From positions 1 through 57,991 of the forward strand of contig JBKPNV010000113.1 of the NCBI GenBank assembly GCA_046732795.1: DNA of 57,991 nucleotides, written 5' to 3'. Under the pieces are notes generated by a model that worked only from the letters and a program-made list of their open reading frames with translations, ran no database searches and was not told the origin of the DNA. A program made the translations under genes and the position numbers. The DNA comes from Acidobacteriota bacterium. GTDB taxonomy: Bacteria > Acidobacteriota > Vicinamibacteria > Vicinamibacterales > UBA2999. Shown in pieces: positions 1 to 9,261 of the stretch (positions within the stretch are counted from its first letter, which is position 1; each line of letters begins with the position of its first letter).

Positions 1-268
1 CGCGCGTAGAGATGCTGCCCGACACCAGACGCGTGAGTGCGTCATGCACCTTGAGCAGCTGGGTTCCCTGGTTGAGACTGATCGCGTGTGTGACGGACCA
101 GCTCGCCGCGGCCGCGAGCACAAGCGCACCGAGGAGAAGGCCTGCGACGAAGGCGCTCGTGACCTGCTTGAGGGCGTAAAGACCGATCGCCCACACGGCG
201 AGCAGACCTGCGGCGAGCATTCCGAGCAGGCCGCCATACCACAGCACGATCGGCAGAACGTTGCTCAT
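1..268 (-). CDS. membrane protein, N-terminal part (gene runs off the left edge)
   Basis: Absent from the ORF track because it has no in-window stop. The reverse frame starts at ATG 268-266 and reads MSNVLPIVLWYGGLLGMLAAGLLAVWAIGLYALKQVTSAFVAGLLLGALVLAAAASWSVTH... open to position 2. It has two clear hydrophobic helices and normal composition, unlike the Arg-rich 42..275 ORF. Confidence 0.45.
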   Translation of the reverse strand, partial: MSNVLPIVLWYGGLLGMLAAGLLAVWAIGLYALKQVTSAFVAGLLLGALVLAAAASWSVTHAISLNQGTQLLKVHDALTRLVSGSISTR

Positions 269-270
269 AA

Positions 271-321
271 GACACCGGGTGTAAATTCCATATGTATCAC
301 GAGGAAATTACACCCGGTGTC
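271..321. repeat. inverted repeat gacaccgggtgtaa / ttacacccggtgtc (14-bp arms) between two minus-strand cistrons
   Basis: Arms at 271-284 and 308-321 are exact reverse complements. A near-identical element lies at 38126-38176. Confidence 0.7.
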
Positions 322-1314
322 CTACCCCGCAAACGATGGCAGCCGGACATCTCTCATCGTCCGCAGGCCGGGGGTGGCGGAGAGGATCGCCGGAATCGAG
401 TTCACGGCGATCGACGCGGTCGCGATATCGCCGTGCACGCCGCCATCGATTTTCGAGTAGATGCGGGGTGAGCCGTCGATGAGGACCGAGTCATACGATT
501 CTGGCGCACCCAAGTACGCCTCGAGCCGCAGCGTGATGCGGGGATCTCCCTTCACGAATCCGACTCCGTCCTGAATGATTCCACATACCTGGCCCGCGGC
601 TACCGACAGCCACTCGCTCGTAACCGCCTTCTCGGCGATTTTCGACGAGACCTCGTCGGTGATCTCGTCGAGCTTCCATCCAATCGCGTCACCAATCATC
701 TGAATCGACTCGGTGAAGCCGACGTGACGCACGCTTCCGCTTTCCACTTTCCGCTGAAACTCCTCGGGCGTGAGACCGGCGCCGATCTTCTGCTGGAACG
801 GCAGTCGCCGTGTGCCTGCGTCCTGAATCCGGCGCACTTCGACGCGGTCGACACGCTCGCACACTGCGGTCAGGGCGATCGGCAACGTATCCATGATGAA
901 ACCGGGATTGACCCCGGTTCCAAGTACGGCAACCCTGGCCTTCTTCGCGGCCTCGTCGATGCGCTTGGCGAGAGCCCGATTCGCTCTGTGAGGATAAGCC
1001 GCTTCCTCCGTCGTCGTCACGATCGGCACGCGATGCTTCAGCACCTCGAGCAGCTCAGGGAGCACTCCCTTGAGAGATGAACTCGTGCACAGCACGGCGA
1101 CATCGGGTTCCGAGGCTTTGATGGTTTTGCCGATATCGACACCGACCTTCACGCGCAGCTTGCGCCCTGCATCGATGACGGCGCCGACATCCTGGCCGAC
1201 CTTGAGAGCGTCGATGTCGATAGCACCGACGATCCGAAAGCCCTTGCGCGCGACGATCTGCCTGGCCACCGCCGCACCGATTGGTCCGAGACCGACGTGG
1301 AGGACGCGGATCAT
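322..1314 (-). CDS. NAD(P)-binding DapB-like dehydrogenase (dihydrodipicolinate reductase / 2,4-diaminopentanoate dehydrogenase-like family)
   Basis: Start taken at MIRVLHVGLGPIGAAVARQIV (Rossmann GxGxxG), CAT at 1312-1314. The upstream 133 codons of ORF 322..1713 are Arg/Pro-rich and overlap the next gene's leader. Length and the C-terminal GGVHGD region fit the DapB-like amine dehydrogenase family. Confidence 0.75.
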   Translation of the reverse strand: MIRVLHVGLGPIGAAVARQIVARKGFRIVGAIDIDALKVGQDVGAVIDAGRKLRVKVGVDIGKTIKASEPDVAVLCTSSSLKGVLPELLEVLKHRVPIVTTTEEAAYPHRANRALAKRIDEAAKKARVAVLGTGVNPGFIMDTLPIALTAVCERVDRVEVRRIQDAGTRRLPFQQKIGAGLTPEEFQRKVESGSVRHVGFTESIQMIGDAIGWKLDEITDEVSSKIAEKAVTSEWLSVAAGQVCGIIQDGVGFVKGDPRITLRLEAYLGAPESYDSVLIDGSPRIYSKIDGGVHGDIATASIAVNSIPAILSATPGLRTMRDVRLPSFAG

Positions 1315-1443
1315 CGGCAAATTATAGATATCAACGGTGCGAGGGTGCGACGGTGCGAGGGGGCGACGGTGCGAAGGGCGAAGGTCAGGGATCCGAGGTC
1401 GGAAGGTCTGAGTGCGGCGTGCGAAGATACTAGTCGGACAGCA

Positions 1444-3435
1444 ATGCACACTCTGCGGCGCTTCGCAGCCGCCTTCCTCTTGTGTGGCGCGATCGTTGTC
1501 GCACCGTTTGCGCGGCAGCAGGCACCTGCCGAACAGCCACGCGCGGCCGAGCCTCCCGCAGCCACTGAGGCCGCGGCCGACGCCCGATCGCCGCGCAATG
1601 CCAACTACGAGATCGACGCCCGGCTCGATGACGATGCGAAATCGATCCGGGGGCGCGAGACGATCCGGTGGCGCAACATCACCGATCAGGGAACGTCGGA
1701 GTTGCAGTTTCACCTCTACTGGAACGCGTGGCGCGATCAGGAGTCCACCTGGATGCGCGAGCGGCGGATGGCCGGCCTCTTCAGCCCGCCGCCAGCCGAC
1801 GCGTGGAGTTCCATGGAGGTCACCACGCTGCGGCTGCGCGATCCCTCGGGCGAGATGCGCGACATCACCAGGGGCATGCGGTTCATTGCTCCTGACGATG
1901 GGAACACGCAGGATCGAACCGTGATGTCGATGCCGCTCGGTCGCACAGTCGGGCCAAATCAGGAGGTCGAGATCGAGCTGGAATGGACGGCGACGATTCC
2001 GCGTCCCTTCGCGCGAACCGGCTGGGTCGGCGACTACTACTTCATCGCGCAGTGGTTTCCCAAGCTCGGTGTTCTCGAATCACAGGGATGGAACACTCAC
2101 CAGTTTCATGCGGCGACCGAGTTCTTCTCGGACTTCGGCGTCTACGACGTCCGGCTCACACTGCCCCGTGGCTTCGTCGTCGGCGCCTCGGGCCGGCAAA
2201 CGGCACGCACCGACAACCCAGACGGGACGACGACGCATCGGTATCAGGGGGAGGACATCCACGACTTCGCGTGGACCGCGAGCCCGTCTTTCATCGATTT
2301 ATCGCAGCGGTTCGAGCATCCAACGCTGCCGCCCGTCGTCGTTCGGCTTCTGCTGCAACGCGAGCGACATGACCAGGCCGATCGCTATTTCGCGATCATC
2401 AACGCGACGTTGAAACGATACGGCGAGTGGTTCGGCGCATATCCATATCCGAATCTGACCGTGGTCGATCCCGCGTTTCAAAGCGACAGCGACGGCATGG
2501 AGTACCCGACGCTGGTGACCGGACGATCGCGCTGGCTGACGCCCCGTAGCAGCCAGACGCCCGAGGGCACGACCGCGCATGAAGTCGGACACCAGTGGTG
2601 GTATGCCATGGTCGCCACCAACGAATTCGAGCACGCGTGGATGGATGAAGGGTTCAATACTTATGCAACGGCGCGAGTCCTCGCTGAGGCGGTGAATCCC
2701 AATCGCGTCGAGTTGCGCTACTTCGGCACGTTCATCCCCTGGTCGTTTCGCGAGATCCCGTTCACACGCCTCGACAACGATCGCCTCGCAGGCTACCGGT
2801 TGAACAGCGAAGCCGACGCGCCGTGGACGCCAACGTTCCGGTACTGGCCGTCGACGGCGGCGATCATCAGCTACAACAAGACCGCGCTGTGGCTGCACAC
2901 GCTCGAACAGCGGCTCGGATGGCCGACGATGCAGAAGATTTTCAGCACGTACTTCGAGCGCTGGAAGTTCAAGCACCCGAAGCCGGCGGACTTCTTCGAC
3001 GTGGTGCGCGAGGTGACCGGCCAGGCTCACTACTGGTTTTTCGACGAGGTATATCGCAGCTCGAACACGTTCGACTACGGCATCCAGGAGTTCCGCACTG
3101 AACGACGCGACGACAAGACGTTCACCACGACGGTGGTCGTGCGGCGGTATGGAGAGGCGACCTTCCCCGTGGATGTGGTGACGACGTTCGAAGACGGACA
3201 GCGGGCGAAAGAGAAATGGAACGGTCAGGAGCGCCGCGCGGTGTATGTGTACGAGGGACCGGCGAAAGCGGTGACCGCGCAGGTAGATCCGGATCGCGTG
3301 CTTTTACTCGACATCGCCTATACGAACAACAGCCGCTCGCTCAATCCGCGTGGCGGCGATGCCAGCCTGAAGTGGAGCCTGAAATGGCTGGTGTGGCTCC
3401 AGGACCTGATGTTGACGTATGGGTTCTTCGTCTAG
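1444..3435 (+). CDS. M1 family zinc metallopeptidase (aminopeptidase N-like), secreted
   Basis: Gluzincin motif HEVGHQWWY...18 aa...WMDEGF. ATG at 1444 gives the signal-like N-terminus MHTLRRFAAAFLLCGAIVVAPFA. Confidence 0.9.
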   Translation: MHTLRRFAAAFLLCGAIVVAPFARQQAPAEQPRAAEPPAATEAAADARSPRNANYEIDARLDDDAKSIRGRETIRWRNITDQGTSELQFHLYWNAWRDQESTWMRERRMAGLFSPPPADAWSSMEVTTLRLRDPSGEMRDITRGMRFIAPDDGNTQDRTVMSMPLGRTVGPNQEVEIELEWTATIPRPFARTGWVGDYYFIAQWFPKLGVLESQGWNTHQFHAATEFFSDFGVYDVRLTLPRGFVVGASGRQTARTDNPDGTTTHRYQGEDIHDFAWTASPSFIDLSQRFEHPTLPPVVVRLLLQRERHDQADRYFAIINATLKRYGEWFGAYPYPNLTVVDPAFQSDSDGMEYPTLVTGRSRWLTPRSSQTPEGTTAHEVGHQWWYAMVATNEFEHAWMDEGFNTYATARVLAEAVNPNRVELRYFGTFIPWSFREIPFTRLDNDRLAGYRLNSEADAPWTPTFRYWPSTAAIISYNKTALWLHTLEQRLGWPTMQKIFSTYFERWKFKHPKPADFFDVVREVTGQAHYWFFDEVYRSSNTFDYGIQEFRTERRDDKTFTTTVVVRRYGEATFPVDVVTTFEDGQRAKEKWNGQERRAVYVYEGPAKAVTAQVDPDRVLLLDIAYTNNSRSLNPRGGDASLKWSLKWLVWLQDLMLTYGFFV

Positions 3436-4459
3436 TCAGTCGCCGGTCTCCGGCCTCGGGTCGGCACGCCGCGCCTGGCAGGATGGGTGGCGGCGTGTGC
3501 TCGATGCGCCGGCCGTTGCGGCTGGTGTGTTCGCTATGACGCTCCTGCTGGTGCTGCCGCTCGCGATCATGCTGCGAGAGGCGCTTGCGTCACATCTCGG
3601 TAACAGCCTCGCAGCCGAGACCGCAGCGAGCGGGGTCAACTACGACTGGTGGCAGGAGTTCACCGCGCAGGCAACGGGCCTGGGGACAACGTTCTCGCCA
3701 AGCGTCATCGGCTTTGCCGCCGTGCTCGACAACGTGAGTGGCGTGCTCGACGGGCGGACGCCTATCGCTCCCATTGCCATCGCGCTCGCGCTTTACATGA
3801 CGGGCTGGGCGTTCCTGTCTGGCGGCATCATCGATCGATACGCGCGGCAACGGCCGATTCGCACGCACGGATTCTTTGCCGCATCAGGTGTGTACTTTTT
3901 CCGCTTCCTCCGTCTTGCGGCGTTTGCGGGCCTCGTCTACTGGTGGCTCTTTGCCTGCGTCCACCCGTGGCTGTTCGACGAGCAGTTCGCGAATCTGACA
4001 CGCAACCTGAGCGTGGAACGTACGGCGGCGATGATTCGCGGCGTCTTTTACCTCGTGTTCGCGGCTCTGGTGGTCGCCACGAATCTGGTGGCCGACTACG
4101 CCAAGGTTCGCATCGTCGTCGAGGACAGACGCAGCGCTTTCGGCGCTCTGAGCGCGTCCGTTCGATTCATCCGCCACCACCGCAGGCATGTGCTCGCGCT
4201 GTATGCCCTGAACACGTTGACGTTCCTTGCAGCGCTTGCGGTATGGGCCCTGATCGCGCCGGGCGCCGGCGGCACAGGTGTCTCGATGTGGGCCGGCTTC
4301 CTGCTCGCTCAACTCTTCATCATCGCGCGGCTGATGATGAAGTTGCAGTTCATTGGCTCGCAAACCGCGCTTTTCCAGGCGAACCTGGCACACGCCACGT
4401 ATACAGCGGGCCCGATACCTGCCTGGCCCGAATCACCTGCTGCCGAAGCGATCCGCTGA
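3419..4459 (+). CDS. multi-pass membrane protein, unknown function
   Basis: 346-aa ORF with several hydrophobic helices. It overlaps the peptidase stop by 17 nt. No recognised family. Confidence 0.6.
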   Translation: MGSSSSQSPVSGLGSARRAWQDGWRRVLDAPAVAAGVFAMTLLLVLPLAIMLREALASHLGNSLAAETAASGVNYDWWQEFTAQATGLGTTFSPSVIGFAAVLDNVSGVLDGRTPIAPIAIALALYMTGWAFLSGGIIDRYARQRPIRTHGFFAASGVYFFRFLRLAAFAGLVYWWLFACVHPWLFDEQFANLTRNLSVERTAAMIRGVFYLVFAALVVATNLVADYAKVRIVVEDRRSAFGALSASVRFIRHHRRHVLALYALNTLTFLAALAVWALIAPGAGGTGVSMWAGFLLAQLFIIARLMMKLQFIGSQTALFQANLAHATYTAGPIPAWPESPAAEAIR

Positions 4460-4519
4460 GGCCTAGAGGGTAGGCTCATGTCTCAGCCGTAAACCACATT
4501 CCGCTTCGATCAGTATTCG

Positions 4520-4903
4520 GTGGTAGCGTTAGTCAGAGGCCAAGGCATGGGGATTCGAATTTCGTCCTGGTTATCACGGCCGCTGAGCCTGCGGGCCCTC
4601 GTCGGTCAAGCTCGCCTCGCCATCAGGCTCTTCCGCGAGCCGCGTGTGCCGACGCTGCTGAAAGTCGTGCCGGTGGTCGCCCTTCTCTATGTGCTATCGC
4701 CCATCGATCTCGTTCCCGACTTCATTCCCGGACTCGGGCAGCTCGACGATCTCGGCATCATTCTGGCCGCGCTCGAGCTCTTCGTCCGCCTGTGTCCCAC
4801 TGGGGCGCAAATCTGTCATCGAGAAGCCGTCGCTCAGCGCCGTCCTTACGCGCCGATGGCATCGACAGACGACGTCATCGAAGCAGAGTGGCGTCACGGA
4901 TAA
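4520..4903 (+). CDS. DUF1232 (YkvA-like) membrane protein
   Basis: LYVLSPIDLVPDFIPGLGQLDDLGI is the characteristic DUF1232 core. Confidence 0.75.
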   Translation: MVALVRGQGMGIRISSWLSRPLSLRALVGQARLAIRLFREPRVPTLLKVVPVVALLYVLSPIDLVPDFIPGLGQLDDLGIILAALELFVRLCPTGAQICHREAVAQRRPYAPMASTDDVIEAEWRHG

Positions 4904-4916
4904 TAAGGAGGTAGCC

Positions 4917-5291
4917 ATGCATGTGCGATTCATTCCGGCGCTCATTTTCGCCGCGTTGGCGGTTTGCGTGGTTCCGATTGCCGCGCATCACGGGTGGGCC
5001 GGCAATGCTGAAGAAGAGTTCGAGCTGACCGGCACCGTTGAAAAACCCGTGAGCCTGGCGGGCCCGCACGCGACGATGAAGCTCAAGTCGTCCGAAGGAC
5101 AGGTGTGGGATATCACATTGGCCCCTGGCGCGCGCACGGCGGATGCCGGCCTCAAGGAAGGGGTGATCCCGGTCGGCGCGCAGGTCACCGTCCATGGTCA
5201 TCGCAACAAGGACCCGAAGAAGTTCGAGATCAAAACCGAGCGCGTGACGTGGAACGGCAAGACCTTCGACGTCTACCCCGATCGTAAGTAG
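4917..5291 (+). CDS. small secreted protein (DUF6152-like), mature N-terminus HHGW
   Basis: ATG 4917 is preceded by aaggagg (4904-4910). Signal peptide MHVRFIPALIFAALAVCVVPIAA is followed by HHGWAGN. The rest looks like a beta-rich OB-like domain. Confidence 0.65.
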   Translation: MHVRFIPALIFAALAVCVVPIAAHHGWAGNAEEEFELTGTVEKPVSLAGPHATMKLKSSEGQVWDITLAPGARTADAGLKEGVIPVGAQVTVHGHRNKDPKKFEIKTERVTWNGKTFDVYPDRK

Positions 5292-5305
5292 CAGCCTGAC
5301 GCGAC

Positions 5306-5791
5306 GTGGCCGATTTGCTGGTGTGGCTCGAGGGTTCGGCCCTGGGCCACGCCATGCGTAATGCCGGTGTCTGGACTTACGGCATCGTCAACCTCATACA
5401 CATCCTCGGCGTCTCATCGCTGTTCGGCGCGGTGCTCGTCCTCGATCTGCGGCTCATCGGGTGCTGGCGCCGCGTCCCGCTTGGCGCGATCGCTCGACCG
5501 ACGGTGCCGATTGCGACGGGAGGTTTCATCGTCGCTGTGACGAGCGGTGTCTGCCTGATTACGACCAACGGCAGCGAGTATGTGGGCAATCCGTTCCTGC
5601 TGATCAAATTTCCAGCGATTTTCCTCGGCATCGTCAACGTCGCCATCCTGAGCCGGCTGCCGGCGTGGAAGGCACGCGAAACCAGAGACGCCACCGAATC
5701 CGAACGGCGCGCCCTGTCGGTCTTCGGGGCGATCTCGCTCCTGTCCTGGCTGACGGCGATTGGTGCTGGCCGTCTCATCGGGTACTGGTAG
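5306..5791 (+). CDS. 4-TM membrane protein, unknown function
   Basis: GTG start and four hydrophobic segments. It lies immediately downstream of the secreted HHGW protein. Confidence 0.6.
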   Translation: MADLLVWLEGSALGHAMRNAGVWTYGIVNLIHILGVSSLFGAVLVLDLRLIGCWRRVPLGAIARPTVPIATGGFIVAVTSGVCLITTNGSEYVGNPFLLIKFPAIFLGIVNVAILSRLPAWKARETRDATESERRALSVFGAISLLSWLTAIGAGRLIGYW

Positions 5792-5853
5792 TCTTCACGC
5801 GCTCGCATCAAGTCTCATTCCGGGCCGCACAAACGGCTCCTGGAGGGCCCACC

Positions 5854-6330
5854 ATGAAGAAGGTGATGTTCGGTGTCCTGATGCTCGGCTGGGTTCCCAC
5901 GCTGGCCTTGGTCGCAGGCGTCAAATGGAGCGACGCGCTGTTCGCACAAGGGCGCACGCCGATCAAGTTCACGCGGATCTATACGGGGCCTGACGGCAAG
6001 ACGAAGGTCGAGGAATCCACGATCCCGCTGAAGCCCCGCGATAGCGGAAGCGAAATATCCGCGACGGTTCCAGTGACCAGCCTGCAGTTCCGGCATACCA
6101 CGCCAGCCTACGATCTCGACTGGCATCCGGCGCCGCGGCGGCAACTCGTCGTGACGCTGAGCGGTGAGAGCGAGATCGAGCTCGAAGGCGGACGCACGAT
6201 GCGATTCGGTCCCGGTCACATCCTGCTGGCCGAGGACACGACGGGACAGGGACACAAGTCACGCGCTGTGCCGGGAACGGATCGTGTCGCGATCGACATC
6301 GCGCTCGCTGAGGGAGCCTTGACGAAGTAG
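5854..6330 (+). CDS. secreted cupin-domain protein
   Basis: ATG 5854 gives the signal-like MKKVMFGVLMLGWVPTLALVAG. The C-terminal LVVTLSGESEIELEGGRTMRFGPGHILLAEDTTGQGH is cupin-like. Confidence 0.6.
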   Translation: MKKVMFGVLMLGWVPTLALVAGVKWSDALFAQGRTPIKFTRIYTGPDGKTKVEESTIPLKPRDSGSEISATVPVTSLQFRHTTPAYDLDWHPAPRRQLVVTLSGESEIELEGGRTMRFGPGHILLAEDTTGQGHKSRAVPGTDRVAIDIALAEGALTK

Positions 6331-6367
6331 GGCTCTCGAACTCCGGCGCTCGGCTCCGGGTGGGTGT

Positions 6368-6556
6368 CTAATCCCAGTACCAGACGAAGATGGCGCCCTT
6401 AGCGCCGAAACCGAACGTGTCTGATCCTCCGGCCGCTGACACCGAAATGTTGATCAGGCGCTCGCGTCCGATCGATGTTGCGAACGTCGCGGCCTCTTCG
6501 ACGAGGGCGTCCCACGACTTGGTCGTGCTTTCAAATCGCCTGCACTGAGCTCTCAT
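6368..6556 (-). CDS. small hypothetical protein (62 aa)
   Basis: Internal ATG of ORF 6368..6652. The composition is not Arg-rich (SWDALVEEAATFATSIGRERLINISV...). No family recognised. Confidence 0.3.
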   Translation of the reverse strand: MRAQCRRFESTTKSWDALVEEAATFATSIGRERLINISVSAAGGSDTFGFGAKGAIFVWYWD

Positions 6557-6696
6557 CAATCCTCCCACGCGCGCGTCAGCGTGGCCCGAGCGCGACGGCG
6601 CCAGTCTACTCGCTGTTAACCATTCACGTTTCGGGGGCGTTATTGCTGGCATAGAAGCTGATAGTCCGGCTACAGCCGGGCACTACGGAAACCGCC

Positions 6697-9129
6697 ATGA
6701 GCCCGTACGAAGACATTCGATTCGCTGCGCGGGTACTCGTGAAACGCCGCTGGATGACGAGTGCGGCCGTGGCGGCACTGGCCCTCGGAATCGCTGCCAA
6801 CAGCGCCGTCTTCACATTCGTGAACGCCATCATCGTTCGCGGCGTCCCGTTTCCCGACCCGGATCGCATCGTGACGCTGGGCACGCGAGATGCGCGCAAT
6901 GGCCAGATGGGCGTGTCGTACTACGACTTCCTCGATTGGCGCGAAGCCGCGACGAGCTTCTCGGACATGTCGCTCATGGCGCAGCCGTCGTTCAATGTCA
7001 GCGAGCCCGGAACGGCCCCGGAGCGCTACAACGGCGCGTACATCTCGACCAACACGTTTCACGTGATCGGCACCAGGGCCGTGCTGGGCCGCGGCTTCAT
7101 CGCAGAAGACGATCTTGACGGCGCACGACCGGTCGTGGTCCTCGGCTACAGCATCTGGCAATCTCGCTACGCCGGCGATCCCGACGTGCTGGGGAAAACC
7201 ATCAAAGTCAACGACCTGCTGGCGACGGTCGTGGGCGTGATGCCACCGGGCATGCAGTTCCCGCCGAACACCGATCTCTGGCTGCCTTTCGGGCAAGCAA
7301 CGATCAATCGCGGGCAGAGTCGTCAGGTGCGCAACTACGAGGTCATCGCACGACTGGCTGAGGGTGTCACCATCGCGCAGGCACGAAGCGAGATGACTAC
7401 GATCGCTGCGAGGCTCGCGCGCGATTTTCCGCGGACGAATCAGGGCATCGAGCCGACGATCGTCAACTACAACGAGCGCGCGACCCCGAACCAGATCAGG
7501 CTGGTGTTCTTTTCACTGATGGGCGCCGTCGGCTTCGTCCTGCTGATCGCCTGCAGCAATGTGGCGAATCTTCTGTTGGCGAGATCGGCCGAGCGTGCCA
7601 AGGAAGTAGGCGTTCGCCTGTCGCTCGGGGCGAGCCGCGGGAGGGTGATAGGTCAACTGCTCGTCGAAAGCGTGATGCTCTCCCTGCTCGGTGGAATCGC
7701 CGGCATCCCGCTCGCCTACGCCGGCATTCGCATCTTCGACTCCCTCACGCAGAACGTCGGCAAACCATACTGGATGGAGTTCTCGATCGACCCTATCGTT
7801 CTCGCGTTCTTCTTCACGATCTGTTTCGTGACCGGTGTTCTGTTCGGACTCGCACCCGCGCTGCACGTATCGAAGACCAGCCTCAGCGACGTGCTGAAAG
7901 AAGGCGGACGTTCCGGGTCGAGCGGGATCCGGGCGCATCGCTGGACCAGCGGACTGTTGGTCGTGCAGGTCGCCCTGACGCTGGTACTGCTCGCGGGCGC
8001 CGGGTTCATGATGCGGAGCTTCTTCGTGCTCTATCGTCTCGATCTTGGCTTCGAGACTGCGCGTCTGCTCACCATGCAGATCAGCCTCAACGATCGGAAG
8101 TACCCGACGGCGGTGGAACGAAACGCCTTCGCTCGCCGGCTCACAGAACGGCTAGCCGGGATCGGAGCGCTCGACGCGGTGACAACCGCGAGTAACTTTC
8201 CGTTGACGGGAGGATGGGGCCTCGAGCTGACGATTGACGGACGCACGGATCCGAATGCCCGGCGCCCGCTTGTGACGCTGGTGAGCGTGGGAGCGAATTA
8301 CTTCGACACAGTCGGGATTCGTCTGCTGCGTGGTCGCGACTTCACAGCGTCAGACGAGACTCCCGGGCGCGGCGGAGTGATCGTGAATCAGCGCTTCGCC
8401 GACATGTATTTCAAGGGCGAGGACCCTCTCGGCCGCCAGATCAGCGTGACCGAACAGACACCGAACGGCATCGATCTGCGATCGCAGACCATCATAGGCG
8501 TCTCCACGATCGTGCGTCAGCGCGACATCCAGAACATCGAGCCCGATGCGGTTGTCTATGTCCCGTACTTCTCCGGCGCAAATCAGGGGCGCAATGTCGC
8601 CGTCATCGTTCGCACCTCGGGTGCCATGACAGCTGCCGTTCCGCTGATTCGGCAGGCCGTGCTCGAACTCGACGCCGACATCCCGGTATTCAACGTGCGG
8701 ACAATGGACGAACTGCTGGCGCAACGGCGGTGGCAGTATCGCATCTTCGGCGGCATGTTCGCGGTCTTCGCGGGAATCGCGCTGTTGCTGGCCGCGGTCG
8801 GACTTTACGCCGTGATGGCGTATTCAGTGACACAACGCACACAGGAAATTGGCGTGCGCATGGTGCTCGGCGCGCCGCCACGCGAGGTCGTCTGGCTGTT
8901 TCTGCGTCGCGGCTTCGTGCTGGTGGCAATCGGTTGGACGATCGGGATGAGCGGGGCATTCGGGGTCGGGCGTTTGCTGCAAAGCATACTCGTGCAATCC
9001 ACCGGCCGGGACGTGCCGGTGCTGCTAGCGATCTCGTTGCTCATGATCGTCGTGGCCGCGGCGGCGTGCGTGTGGCCCGCCCGGCGCGCCACCCGACTCA
9101 ATCCAGTCGCGGCCCTGCGCTACGAATAG
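6697..9129 (+). CDS. ADOP-family duplicated permease (MacB-like, two FtsX domains)
   Basis: 810 aa. The N-terminus DIRFAARVLVKRRWMTSAAVAALALGIAANSAVF is typical of the family. There are two MacB periplasmic plus FtsX 4-TM halves and it ends ...RRATRLNPVAALRYE. Confidence 0.9.
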   Translation: MSPYEDIRFAARVLVKRRWMTSAAVAALALGIAANSAVFTFVNAIIVRGVPFPDPDRIVTLGTRDARNGQMGVSYYDFLDWREAATSFSDMSLMAQPSFNVSEPGTAPERYNGAYISTNTFHVIGTRAVLGRGFIAEDDLDGARPVVVLGYSIWQSRYAGDPDVLGKTIKVNDLLATVVGVMPPGMQFPPNTDLWLPFGQATINRGQSRQVRNYEVIARLAEGVTIAQARSEMTTIAARLARDFPRTNQGIEPTIVNYNERATPNQIRLVFFSLMGAVGFVLLIACSNVANLLLARSAERAKEVGVRLSLGASRGRVIGQLLVESVMLSLLGGIAGIPLAYAGIRIFDSLTQNVGKPYWMEFSIDPIVLAFFFTICFVTGVLFGLAPALHVSKTSLSDVLKEGGRSGSSGIRAHRWTSGLLVVQVALTLVLLAGAGFMMRSFFVLYRLDLGFETARLLTMQISLNDRKYPTAVERNAFARRLTERLAGIGALDAVTTASNFPLTGGWGLELTIDGRTDPNARRPLVTLVSVGANYFDTVGIRLLRGRDFTASDETPGRGGVIVNQRFADMYFKGEDPLGRQISVTEQTPNGIDLRSQTIIGVSTIVRQRDIQNIEPDAVVYVPYFSGANQGRNVAVIVRTSGAMTAAVPLIRQAVLELDADIPVFNVRTMDELLAQRRWQYRIFGGMFAVFAGIALLLAAVGLYAVMAYSVTQRTQEIGVRMVLGAPPREVVWLFLRRGFVLVAIGWTIGMSGAFGVGRLLQSILVQSTGRDVPVLLAISLLMIVVAAAACVWPARRATRLNPVAALRYE

Positions 9130-9261
9130 CCCGGCCTCGCAAGACGCGCGTACTTTGCCGCGTTCAACCCATCGCTCGTTTTGCCAAGTCCCGGTCGGTC
9201 ACTGCTGATCTCTTGGGAAATCCGCGCGGCAGGGATCTCGCAACGACGATGCTAAGATGCC

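Noticed and set aside
1315-1713. N-terminal 133 codons of ORF 322..1713 (-)
   Set aside because: The stretch is Arg/Pro-rich, has no Rossmann context and overlaps the M1 peptidase leader. The protein clearly begins at MIRVLHVGLGPIG (1314).
3649-4473. 274-aa alternative-frame ORF within the 3419..4459 membrane protein gene
   Set aside because: It is Arg-rich and non-hydrophobic. The other frame gives coherent TM helices.
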